From Dubosiella newyorkensis (GTDB lineage Bacteria > Bacillota_I > Bacilli_A > Erysipelotrichales > Erysipelotrichaceae): a stretch of DNA of 32,000 nt. The notes under the pieces are model-generated. The model saw only the letters and a program-made list of their open reading frames with translations. It had not been told where the DNA came from and ran no database searches. The DNA lies in assembly GCF_001945605.1 (NCBI RefSeq), contig NZ_MPKA01000045.1:1-32000 (forward strand), written 5' to 3'. A program made the position numbers and the translations under genes. Shown in pieces: positions 1 through 9,300 of the stretch. The stretch's first letter is position 1, and each line of letters starts with the position of its first letter.

Positions 1-366
1 TGGACAACGGAAGTCTGCCGATGACCAATTCGCTTGCCGAAAGGACGATCCGAAATTTTGCGGTAGGAAGAAACAACTGGCTGTTTTCGGGAAGTCCTAG
101 AGGAGCCAAGGCTTGCGGAGTGCTCTATTCGATCGTAGAAAGCGCCAAAGCCAATGGGCTGATCCCTTACAAATACATCCTTCACCTTTTAAAAGAACTT
201 TCAAGACATGCTGGAAAGCTGACCAGCGAAATACTGGAACAATGTATGCCTTGGAATCCAATTTTGATCAGCCTATGCCAATAAAAACAAAGACGCTCAT
301 CGCAGGTAGAGATATTGTCTCTGATTCGATGAGCGTTTTCTATACGCTGTTTTAATTCCCGCTTAC
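1..366 (+). mobile_element. Right end of an IS66-family insertion sequence, with the terminal inverted repeat ending ...CCCGCTTAC at 366
   Basis: The reverse complement of 346-366 is GTAAGCGGGAATTAAAACAGC. IS66-family terminal repeats characteristically begin with GTAAGCG. The repeat lies 82 nt after the transposase stop. G+C drops immediately to the right. Confidence 0.7.
3..284 (+). CDS. IS66-family transposase (TnpC), C-terminal fragment; the ORF is open to the left window edge
   Basis: Translation from position 3 reads DNGSLPMTNSLAERTIRNFAVGRNNWLFSGSPRGAKACGVLYSIVESAKANGLIPYKYILHLL. This matches the conserved IS66 TnpC C-terminal signature (AER-IR----GR-NWLF-GS--G-----YS--E-AK-NG--P--YL). 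There is no stop codon upstream within the window. Confidence 0.85.
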   Translation, partial: DNGSLPMTNSLAERTIRNFAVGRNNWLFSGSPRGAKACGVLYSIVESAKANGLIPYKYILHLLKELSRHAGKLTSEILEQCMPWNPILISLCQ

Positions 367-457
367 AATAACCCTACATGGAAAATCATTAAGAGAAACT
401 TATTCCAGATTGAAAGATAGTGAGTGAACAGAAAAATACTCACGAGTAATCATTTTT

Positions 458-488
458 AAAAATCACGGCCGTTCTGACCGTGATTTTT
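458..488. terminator. Bidirectional intrinsic terminator, probably ending the dnd operon transcript
   Basis: The sequence is AAAAATCACGG-ccgttctga-CCGTGATTTTT. This is a perfect 11-bp inverted repeat with an A-tract on one side and a T-tract on the other. It lies about 100 nt downstream of the orf211 stop in minus-strand sense. Confidence 0.7.
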
Positions 489-489
489 A

Positions 490-590
490 GTGGACTTCTC
501 TCCGTATTTAAATAATTACGCGAATAGACTTTTCCAGCGGATTAGGTGGACTTCTCTAGCGTACAGGGTGGACTTCAATTAGTGGAATAC
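490..590 (+). repeat. Dispersed direct repeats of GTGGACTTC(TCT)
   Basis: GTGGACTTCTCT occurs at 490-501. GGTGGACTTCTCT occurs at 545-557. GGTGGACTTC occurs at 567-576. Degenerate copies are GACTTTTCC at about 527 and GTGGAATAC at 582-590. Spacing is irregular (56, 22, 14 nt). Confidence 0.6.
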
Positions 591-1226
591 TCAGGATTGA
601 ATATAAACACACTTATGAAATTGAATCCAACCAAGCAAAAGAAAATATTGATCACGAAAAAAATTTCCCCATTCTGGATTAATGTAGACTTTTGTATTTA
701 GTCCTTCAAAAGCACCAATCGTATAAGGAAGAGGATCTTCCTCATTTATTTTTTTGATCAATTCAATTGTATCTTTCTTTTTGCTCCAGATTGGATTATT
801 ACCCGAAATTTTTAAAAACGGTGAAAGAGTTCTAAAAGGAACATATTGAATAAGTTTTCTTTTAATCGGAAGAATTGAAGATTCATGTTCTTTGATTAAA
901 TATTCAATCATTGAATCGGATTCTATTTGGTTTTCCCTTGTTTTAGCCGACAAAACTGGCACAATCTCTTCTAATAAACTCTTATTAGTTCCTCTTATGT
1001 TGACTCCCAATTTTAAATGAAATCTAGTTACAACAAGCCAAACCTCACAGATCATTTTATTAATAATTTCATCAAATGTAATTTCTATTTTCTGACTTAC
1101 ACTGATTTTAATTAAAGACTCAAGCCAATAATACTTATAGCATTGAGTATAATCACTTAGAATCATAGAAAACTTTCTCAAATTCAAGTGATTATAATAC
1201 TTTTCTAATTCGTATAAATCTTTCAT
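591..1226 (-). CDS. Hypothetical protein (211 aa), last gene of the dnd operon, function unknown
   Basis: This is a long ORF with island-like AT-rich composition. Its ATG lies 2 nt after the dndA stop (TAA-ac-ATG), which is compatible with termination-reinitiation coupling. I recognise no catalytic motif and no DGQHR motif. Confidence 0.7.
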   Translation of the reverse strand: MKDLYELEKYYNHLNLRKFSMILSDYTQCYKYYWLESLIKISVSQKIEITFDEIINKMICEVWLVVTRFHLKLGVNIRGTNKSLLEEIVPVLSAKTRENQIESDSMIEYLIKEHESSILPIKRKLIQYVPFRTLSPFLKISGNNPIWSKKKDTIELIKKINEEDPLPYTIGAFEGLNTKVYINPEWGNFFRDQYFLLLGWIQFHKCVYIQS

Positions 1227-1228
1227 GT

Positions 1229-2377
1229 TTATTGTAAATTCTTTGCCACATCCAATAAACGAGCAAATTCTTCTTTTAAAACCTTAAGATTTGTATGGGG
1301 GCCCCAACTAATTCGAACAGAACTTGCGATTTCAGATTGATTTAAACCCATTGATTCTAGAACATAGCTACCCTTATAGTTTTTAGAATTACAAGCCGAT
1401 CCATTCGATATCCCGCAAAACTCCTTTGTTAAAATCATAAGAGCTTCCGAATTGATCCCTTCAAAAGCTATATTCAACGTATTGGGTATTAAATGCTCTA
1501 TATTCCCATGAATTGAATATTTAATAGTTGAGTCTCCTAATAGCTTTAAAATGGCATTTTGGCATTCTTTAAGCTGTTTAAAGTTCCCCTCATACTCTTG
1601 CTCAGCTAATTCACAAGCTTTACCGAAACCAGCTACTAAAGCAGTTGGAACTGTCCCTGGACGAATTCCTCCCTCTTGCTCTCCTCCAAACATAATTGCT
1701 TTAATCGGAGGCAATTCATAATTTTTTCTTCGCAAAATCAAAGCACCAATTCCTTGTGGTCCAGCTAATTTATGGGAACTAAGTGTCAACATATCATATT
1801 TGATTTTTTTTAATTCTGGAACCAACTTTCCAGCGCTTTGAGTTGCGTCAATATGGAATAGGACGTCTGTAGAATCGAGCAGTTCTCCAATTTCTTCAAC
1901 CGGAAAAATCACTCCTGTTTCATTATTAACATGCATTATGCTAACAAGAAGCGTTTTATCTGTTATCAAGTTTTTGATTTGATTTACGTCGATCTCTCCA
2001 TCTTGATTTGGATTCACATAATCAATTATAAAACCGTCATTTTCAAGATGCTTCATCGTTTCCAAGATTGCTTTATGTTCTACCGAAGTTGTAATAATAT
2101 GATTCTTTTTTACTCTTAATGCGTATTCCTTAAGTCCCAGAACAGCAATGTTATTGCTTTCAGTTGCACCACTTGTGAAAAAAACTTCATTCGATTGAAC
2201 ATTTAGAAGATTTCCAACTTTTTTTCTTCCTTCTTCTAAAATAGTTCGAGTATTCTTTCCAAAATCATGAGTTCGACTGTCCGGATTTCCAGGATAGTTT
2301 TTATAAATATCTATCATGGTATCTAAGACACGTTCATCGATCGGAGAAGATGCATTATAATCAAGATAAATTGCCAT
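1229..2377 (-). CDS. dndA: Cysteine desulfurase, DndA/IscS-type (class V aminotransferase)
   Basis: The PLP-lysine motif is SSHKLAGPQGIG. The active-site cysteine motif is SNGSACNS. A GGAGGA SD lies 5 nt upstream of the ATG. The gene overlaps dndE by 17 nt. Confidence 0.9.
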   Translation of the reverse strand: MAIYLDYNASSPIDERVLDTMIDIYKNYPGNPDSRTHDFGKNTRTILEEGRKKVGNLLNVQSNEVFFTSGATESNNIAVLGLKEYALRVKKNHIITTSVEHKAILETMKHLENDGFIIDYVNPNQDGEIDVNQIKNLITDKTLLVSIMHVNNETGVIFPVEEIGELLDSTDVLFHIDATQSAGKLVPELKKIKYDMLTLSSHKLAGPQGIGALILRRKNYELPPIKAIMFGGEQEGGIRPGTVPTALVAGFGKACELAEQEYEGNFKQLKECQNAILKLLGDSTIKYSIHGNIEHLIPNTLNIAFEGINSEALMILTKEFCGISNGSACNSKNYKGSYVLESMGLNQSEIASSVRISWGPHTNLKVLKEEFARLLDVAKNLQ

Positions 2378-2756
2378 GTTTTTCCTCCGTTAAATTGATC
2401 AAATCAGAAAAACTCTTTATGAATCCAGTACCACTTAGGTGAGCAATACCTCTTTCTAAATGAAGTTTAAAATACTTAGCCAAATTCTCATCATCAATAC
2501 TTAAATCTTTTTCTAAGCACCAATTCTTGATTAAAGCTTCATATATGTCTCCATAATCTCCAGCAAAAGTATACCAAGACATTTCAACATTGCTGTCACT
2601 AACGATTGGCAAATCAGCAGGAATAGTGTCTTCAGAAATTGAATAGCAAAAAGCCCAACGACAAAGAATATTCCAATTTTCAATTCCTGTCTTTCCTTTT
2701 AAGCGAGACAATTTGTCTTTTGCTTGGGAAGACAATTTAATTTGTTTTAAAAACAT
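2361..2756 (-). CDS. dndE: DNA sulfur modification protein DndE
   Basis: The protein is about 131 aa. Its N-terminus, MFLKQIKLSSQAKDKLSRLKGKTGIENWNILCRWAFCYSI, matches the DndE pattern (L..LK..TGI..N.L.R.A...S). The ATG at 2756 overlaps the dndD stop as TAATG. The ORF track starts 9 nt earlier at a GTG (2765), and either start is possible. Confidence 0.85.
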   Translation of the reverse strand: MFLKQIKLSSQAKDKLSRLKGKTGIENWNILCRWAFCYSISEDTIPADLPIVSDSNVEMSWYTFAGDYGDIYEALIKNWCLEKDLSIDDENLAKYFKLHLERGIAHLSGTGFIKSFSDLINLTEEKHGNLS

Positions 2757-4708
2757 TATTCCCACCCAAAATAACCTTTCTCAATTCTAGAAGATTTTGT
2801 TTCTTGATCATACTTTATAGTAAAAGAATCCCCTATATTTTCTTTTAATGCCAAAAAATACCCATGATCAATTTCTGTATCTGTGGAAAGCAAAATCGTT
2901 TGTTTGCTAATATAAGGAAAATATTGGTCAATTAACGCATACCTATGATTCGAATCCAAACGAGATAAAGGTGTATCAATAATTACAGGCAATTGTTTTT
3001 TTGAACATATCGCTAAGGCCCACAACAAAGATATGATCATAAGCTGTTTCTCTCCAGCCGATAAAGATGAACCGTGAATTTCCTTTGAATTTGAGTCAAA
3101 ATAATGTAAATTCAAAGTCTGTGGATCAATCCTTACCTCACTAATCAAATTCTTTTTATTTGCAATTTTCAAATAGCACTGGGCAATCGTCTTGGACAAT
3201 TCTTCTAATTTTAAATTTTGTAATCTTTCTTTAAATACCGCCAAAATTTTTGTAGCTAAACTTGAATATTTTATTAAACGATGATCTTCATCTCTTTCTT
3301 CCATATTCTTAAGAAGCTTCTCGACGGATTGATTAACTTTAAGAGTTATAGACTTTAAACTTTTTTCTAACTCGTTTCTTTCCTGTGTAATAAAACACTT
3401 TTTCTGTTCGAGCCTCGCAATTTTTTGATTAATCTCTATAATTTCTCTATGCCTATTTTGTAAATCTTCTTGGTCAATATCCAAATCTAAATAATTATTG
3501 ATATTTTCTATTTCTTTTTTGTATTCTTTCAATTCAGAGTTCAAATTTGCAATGTTTTTTTGAACTTCTTCAAATTTATTATTAAGCAATTCTTCTAATT
3601 GCATTCTACTTTTCTCACTAAATTGAAAGATAGATTGATTTTTTTCTAAGACTTTAGAATCTGCTTTTATGAATTCCATAAAATTTTCTAAAACTTGACT
3701 TTCTTGAGTGTTCTTTCCAGATTCATTTACAAAAGCTAAAATTTTATCATCTAACCATTGAATAGAGGATTGTGTAAAACTTGCCTGATATTCTTCAGCC
3801 ACCTTTTCATTGATTGATTCCAAATTCTTTTTTACTAACAAAAGTGGCATTTCATTTGAAGATAAGTCCAGCATCTTCTTTTGACATTGCTCTTTTAAAA
3901 GCTCTAAATCACTTCTTTTTTTAATTTGTTGTTCTCTCTGAGCGGTAACTTCTCCGCCTTTCTTTTTAAAATTGGTTTCTTTTTCTTCTAAAATTTTACG
4001 CAAAGAATCAAGTTGATTGGATAGTTCGTTCATTGAACTTTCTTTATTCTGGAGTTCTTGTTCTAAAACTTGTCTTTGTTTTTTTAATCGATCTGATTCT
4101 TCTAAATCGAAGTCATTTTTTTCTGTAGTTATATTTTTTAAAATTCGCTCTATATCATGGTCCAAAGTATCTAAAACACTTATGCCTAGCAGTGCTTTAA
4201 TAGACTCTTTCATTTGGGTATTGATATTTTTTCCAATTAGTTTCGATATTTTCTCTCCATCAAAGAAGAAAAACCTAGACAGCTCACTTGGCAATTCATT
4301 CTCAATAAAAATATTCCAATGTTCAGTTAAAAAAGATTCGACTTCGCCGTTTAATTTAACCGTTACATTTTCAGCTGTACGTAAGGTATTTCCTTTCCAT
4401 GATTTCACCACTGTGTAAACTTGTCCATTATTCTCTAAAGTAAAATCCAATTCTATAGAAGCAATTTGATCAACACTATTTTTATTTACAAAAGAATCAA
4501 GGTATCGACCATAGTTATTAAAATCACTCTCTTTATAAGCAAAAGAGTTGGAACCATATAAAGCCAATAAAACGGCTTCTAAAAACGTTGTTTTCCCCCT
4601 ACCATTCATTCCACCAATTAATACGACTGACTTATCATTGGTAAAAATAAATTCATTTTCCCCATTATAAATACCAAAATCCTTAAGATAGAGTCTTTTG
4701 ATAATCAT
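2756..4708 (-). CDS. dndD: DNA sulfur modification protein DndD (SMC/ABC-like ATPase)
   Basis: Walker A is GGMNGRGKTT. There is a long central coiled-coil region rich in E/K/L/Q. The ABC signature is LSAGEKQL and Walker B is PVIIDTPLSRLD. The start overlaps the dndC stop as ATGA. Confidence 0.9.
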   Translation of the reverse strand: MIIKRLYLKDFGIYNGENEFIFTNDKSVVLIGGMNGRGKTTFLEAVLLALYGSNSFAYKESDFNNYGRYLDSFVNKNSVDQIASIELDFTLENNGQVYTVVKSWKGNTLRTAENVTVKLNGEVESFLTEHWNIFIENELPSELSRFFFFDGEKISKLIGKNINTQMKESIKALLGISVLDTLDHDIERILKNITTEKNDFDLEESDRLKKQRQVLEQELQNKESSMNELSNQLDSLRKILEEKETNFKKKGGEVTAQREQQIKKRSDLELLKEQCQKKMLDLSSNEMPLLLVKKNLESINEKVAEEYQASFTQSSIQWLDDKILAFVNESGKNTQESQVLENFMEFIKADSKVLEKNQSIFQFSEKSRMQLEELLNNKFEEVQKNIANLNSELKEYKKEIENINNYLDLDIDQEDLQNRHREIIEINQKIARLEQKKCFITQERNELEKSLKSITLKVNQSVEKLLKNMEERDEDHRLIKYSSLATKILAVFKERLQNLKLEELSKTIAQCYLKIANKKNLISEVRIDPQTLNLHYFDSNSKEIHGSSLSAGEKQLMIISLLWALAICSKKQLPVIIDTPLSRLDSNHRYALIDQYFPYISKQTILLSTDTEIDHGYFLALKENIGDSFTIKYDQETKSSRIEKGYFGWE

Positions 4709-6213
4709 TCGTCAGCCTCCTCTTCTGGAAAATCATCATTTGTTCCTTCAAAAAAATGTTCGTTATATTTACCACCTAATTCTTTTTTTCTACTCATTTT
4801 TTGAGTATAAAATTGAGTGGCATCCTCTTCATTTTGATAAAAATTCCGTTTTATTATCTTCTCAAGATTCTTAAGAATTCCGCTTCTTTTATTCAAATTA
4901 CGGCTTTCCATTTCTTGATCAATCAACGAATACATCATTTCAAAAGCAAGTTCTTCTTCAGGTGCAACTTCTTCACAAACACTTTTTAATAAATCCCATT
5001 CTTTTTTATTATAATTGGATACTGGAATCCATTCTGGGTCATCAAAATCTACTTTAAATACTTCTTTATAGATTTTCGGTAACGAATCATCAAATTCATG
5101 ATTTTCTTTAACCCATATTCTACGTATTTCTCTCAATTCAGGCAAGGTAATAATCTCATAATTTCTGTACTCTTTAGGAGCTTGTTCCTGAACATACAAT
5201 TGAAGTTCAAGAAGCTTCCTAAGCCATATTTCGCGCCATTCCTTTTTATATGGACCATGATTCAATCTGCCCATTCCACCTTGGAGTGCCCCTGACCTCT
5301 TTCTAAAGCTTCTTCGTTCACGATCATTTTCTAAGTTTCCAAATTCATCTCTAAAATTAAGAAATTTCTTTAACCACGAATTATCTTCTTGATTATTGCT
5401 GATCATAGCTTCCATGGATTTATCTTTCGAAACAACCGTACATACCCAACATCCAAAACGACTTTTTCCACAACTAGGTACACTTTTATCTTGAATAATA
5501 GGGCATTCATTGTCTGCTGTCGCCCCTCTGTATAGAGTTAACAATTCAGTATTAGGAAGATTCCATGGATTGGTATATTGGAGCAAATAAGCCCAAACAT
5601 CATCGTCAGACCAATTTTCTAAAGGCGAAAAAACAAGTTCATTTGCTAAAGTTGGATTTGGGCTCAATAAGTCTCTTACTCTCTTTTTAGCCAACGCTTC
5701 CATAGAACGAGCACGATTGACACTCTCTGCTTTTCTTGTTCCAAGAATCATAATAATTTCGCCATGTTCAGCAATTCTGTTTTTTATGAAATTGTTTACT
5801 GGCTGAATTTTTAGACGGTCCGTACACCATCTCAATTGTCTTCTAGGAACAGGATACCCTCTTCCAATGAAATTCACCCAAAATGTTTGATTATATTCTG
5901 GTGACAATACATGCGTAGTAAATGGAAGTGCAGAAACTTTAGAAGCATGTTCCATCTTACCCAAAGCATTTTTTGCCCATCGTGAGACAATCGGAGATTC
6001 CACTAAAGTGTCCGTATTAATGATATGGATTGTTTTTGTTCTTTTTTCTAAAGGTAGTTTGCTTATCGCATACCAAACTAATTGCAAGGTTGCGGTAGAG
6101 TCTTTTCCACCTGAGTATCCAATAACCCAAGGAATATCATCAACAAGATAGAGTTTTCTAATAATATCCTCTAATTCTTGAATATTTTCTTTTGTAATAT
6201 TATTAGTTGTCAT
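4705..6213 (-). CDS. dndC: DNA phosphorothioation protein DndC (PAPS-reductase/PP-loop ATP pyrophosphatase family)
   Basis: The PP-loop is GYSGGKDST. The Fe-S-type cysteine motif is PSCGKSRFGCWVCT. The size (502 aa) and the position upstream of dndD and dndE fit DndC. Confidence 0.92.
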   Translation of the reverse strand: MTTNNITKENIQELEDIIRKLYLVDDIPWVIGYSGGKDSTATLQLVWYAISKLPLEKRTKTIHIINTDTLVESPIVSRWAKNALGKMEHASKVSALPFTTHVLSPEYNQTFWVNFIGRGYPVPRRQLRWCTDRLKIQPVNNFIKNRIAEHGEIIMILGTRKAESVNRARSMEALAKKRVRDLLSPNPTLANELVFSPLENWSDDDVWAYLLQYTNPWNLPNTELLTLYRGATADNECPIIQDKSVPSCGKSRFGCWVCTVVSKDKSMEAMISNNQEDNSWLKKFLNFRDEFGNLENDRERRSFRKRSGALQGGMGRLNHGPYKKEWREIWLRKLLELQLYVQEQAPKEYRNYEIITLPELREIRRIWVKENHEFDDSLPKIYKEVFKVDFDDPEWIPVSNYNKKEWDLLKSVCEEVAPEEELAFEMMYSLIDQEMESRNLNKRSGILKNLEKIIKRNFYQNEEDATQFYTQKMSRKKELGGKYNEHFFEGTNDDFPEEEADE

Positions 6214-6250
6214 AAAAATCCTTTCAATCTACCGCTTTAACGAGTAGATC

Positions 6251-6278
6251 AAAAAAGAAGCTTAGCCGCTTCTTTTTT
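6251..6278. terminator. Terminator-like hairpin between dptH and dndC
   Basis: The sequence is AAAAAAGAAGC-ttagcc-GCTTCTTTTTT, a perfect 11-bp inverted repeat. In minus-strand sense it is followed by a run of six U. It lies about 50 nt after the dptH stop and 37 nt before the dndC ATG. Confidence 0.65.
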
Positions 6279-6294
6279 GAGTTTTCAATTTACT

Positions 6295-6323
6295 ATAATA
6301 AAATATTTCGACCCAATTCTCAA
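6295..6323 (-). promoter_or_regulatory. Candidate sigma-A promoter for dndCDEA-orf211
   Basis: The minus strand reads TTGAGA (6323-6318), 17 nt, TATTAT (6300-6295), immediately after the dptH stop. Such matches are frequent in AT-rich DNA, so this is weak evidence. Confidence 0.25.
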
Positions 6324-6329
6324 AAAAAT

Positions 6330-9300
6330 TTAGTTTTTATTCTTCCATTTTTTATATAGTTTCCAAAATGGATAATCTTCAATTTTTATTGGATCCCCAT
6401 TTCCTACTTTAACTAAGCTATGATGTTTAATTAATTGTGAAATTTCCAATTTTATTTTTTCGGTTTCTGGACTTTTTGGTTTTGTTTTAAAAACGAAACC
6501 TATGTCATTATTTGATAAATCAGATACATTATGAACTATCCAAGTTAAAATATACTTAGAATAGTCTGTTTCACTATTGTTAAAATGGGATAGTGATTGC
6601 GTTGATAATATCATACCCACCCCAAATTCTCGCCCTTCTTTCATGACTTTATTCAAAGATGGAAAGTTCAAAGACATAAAGTTTTCTGCTTCATCAACTA
6701 AAACAAATTTCGTCAATTGTCGATAAATATTATCAAGTCGACTAGAACCTTTTGCCTGCATTTGAGCATAAAACAAATCTAGCGTTATCGCGGCTATTAG
6801 ATTTTGTAATTGAGGATTATATCCATCTAATTCAATAACAACAACCCCATTCAAAAGACCATAAAGTGATTCTGTTTTCTTAGGATCGGATTCAAAAACT
6901 TCATACTCATGTAATTCATCCATAGCAGCGCCAAGAGAATCGTTATGATTAATTTCTTCGTCCGAAATATAAACATTATAAACATTATGAAATGTTGGAG
7001 GTTCTTTTGACCATGTATTTGGATCATTTGAAATGATTCCTTTTTCTTCATAAGCTTTCTTAATACAGTTTTTCAATATATTAGATTGTTTAACCCCTAA
7101 AGAATAAGCTTTACTAATAGTGGCGACAAAAGTCCCTGCAGTATGAGTAGGAAGTAAAGGTCTAAATTGCTTTGATTCAATTAAAGAAAATGGATTAAAA
7201 GGTAGATGATATGGTTGAAAAACTCGTGCCTTGGTAATTTCTACAAAGTCTTCCTTGGACTCATTATAATCTCCTTTATAATCAAAAATTAAAATCCCTA
7301 AATCTTCACTCGAAAAATTATACTTACGATTTTGAATCAATTGAGTAATGATCGATTTTGTGCATTGGGTTTTCCCTGTACCCATAGTTCCAATAATTCC
7401 GGTATTCGTATGGAATAATTTTTCTGTATTATTTGGTTCCCAAATTACATCTTTTCCATTACTAATATCGGTTCCTAGAAGAATCGTCATTCCATGTGTT
7501 TCCTTTTCTTCCTCATCCTTATACTGTTCAAATTCATCCTTATTCTCTTCTGCTAACGAAACTTGTTCTAATTCTTTTATTTCTATAGGTGGATCCTGAA
7601 TCACTGAAATGTTTGGCCCACCATTTCCTTGATTATTGGCATTGATAAAAATTCCGGGATCATGCTCATTTATATCGTACCCGTCCCAAGAGTCAGGCTC
7701 GTCTGTAGAAAAGTTATCTTCCATTCCTCGATCAGAGCATGTTTGGAAATGACAACTCATTTTTCGCTTGATCCTTTCTACAGATTTTACCAAAAAATTA
7801 TAACCTTCTAATTCACTAAACGATAAATAAAGAATGTCCTCTTTTAATTCTTTAGATGGTTCCGTACAATCTTTTGTAAATGTTATAATAGCTCCTTTAC
7901 CAATATAACTTTGATCAAAGGAATCGAATTTAAATTCATCATTAATTAGTTTTGTTCTTATATTATAAAGAAGATAATTCCAGTTAATTGATGGGTCTAC
8001 TTCATACAGGTCAAATTTCTCTATAAACAATAAGATTTGTTTTATAAAGTAATTCTTTAATAGCTCAACTTTCATATTTGGACCGCCTGTATTCTGTAAT
8101 GCTCCATATAATCCTTGACTTGTATGCTGAACTTGTTTCTTTGCTTTATCAAGAACGTTATTCCCATTAAAACCAATCTTGACTTCGACAGGATATAAAT
8201 AAACTGGAATCGTACCTCCTTCAGACTCTGTGATTCTAAATCCTACTAATAAAAGGTCATCTGAGGTGACCCCTCCTTCAAAACCTAGATTTTTTGCCGA
8301 TAACACTCCATCATTACGGCTTAACCCTGTACTGCCTGAAACTCGAAGCATTTCTTCCATAGAAATAGGGACCCAAATTATTTGATCTGTCTCGAAAAAC
8401 GCTAGGCAAACCTTCATAGCAGACAATATACTCAATTTTTCTCTACTAAATTGATTGTTGCTTTTTCGATCATTCGAGATCATGCGCAATAACCAGTTGC
8501 CACTAACCACGTTAAATAAATTCACAATTTGCCGGATTTCCGATGCATCGGCTAAAACTCCTTTATCTAAGAGTTCCTCTTTGATAATTTCGCAATATTG
8601 ATCTGATTTTGCAGTGACCGTTATATCATCATATCCATTCGAATTGCTAAGCTGATCACTATAATGAATAATCATTACATCTTTTGAGTTTCGATCTGAA
8701 GTAAAAAATGAAAGATCTATTTTTGGTTCAATTAGAACTACCCAGTTTGTTTGTTTATATAATTTTTCTAATTTTTTCTTTTGATTTTCTGCAAGTTGAG
8801 TAATAATAGTTAACCCTTCTTCATAGCCATTCGAAGTATTAAATACTCGATATAATGAATTTAAGGTATCGCTAAAGCAAGAAAGATCATTTTTTACTGA
8901 ATTTTTCAAACCAAACCCTGTTTTATACCAAATTCCATCATGCGTGGAAGATAAACCAGAAACCAGTCCATTGAGAGACAAGCCTGTATTCATGTTTATG
9001 CTACGGGCGCTTGCCTGTTCATCGGAATCTTTCATTTCGAAAAACGTTAAATGCGAATAAACAAAAGCATCATCTATGTCTCTGACATTATAACAATGAA
9101 TCTTAGAACTAAGAATTACTTCTAAATCTGCGATAAATTTATTCTCCACATAAGAACTATTCATTAAGTAGCGAGTCAAAGAATTAATGTTTCTTAACAC
9201 CTCAAAAGCACTAACAACACCTTCTTGAAGATAAATATAAATATTCATGGAAATCATATCATCAACTGATTTATGAGTTTTGATTTCGCCAATATAAAAC

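Noticed and set aside
113-355. An 80-aa + strand ORF overlapping the IS66 transposase 3' end.
   Set aside because: It is in an alternative frame to a well-conserved TnpC C-terminus, and it has no motif or SD.
490-590. The possibility that the GTGGACTTC repeats are a small CRISPR array.
   Set aside because: The repeats are only 9-13 nt long, the spacing is irregular (56, 22 and 14 nt), and no cas genes are present. This is not CRISPR-like.
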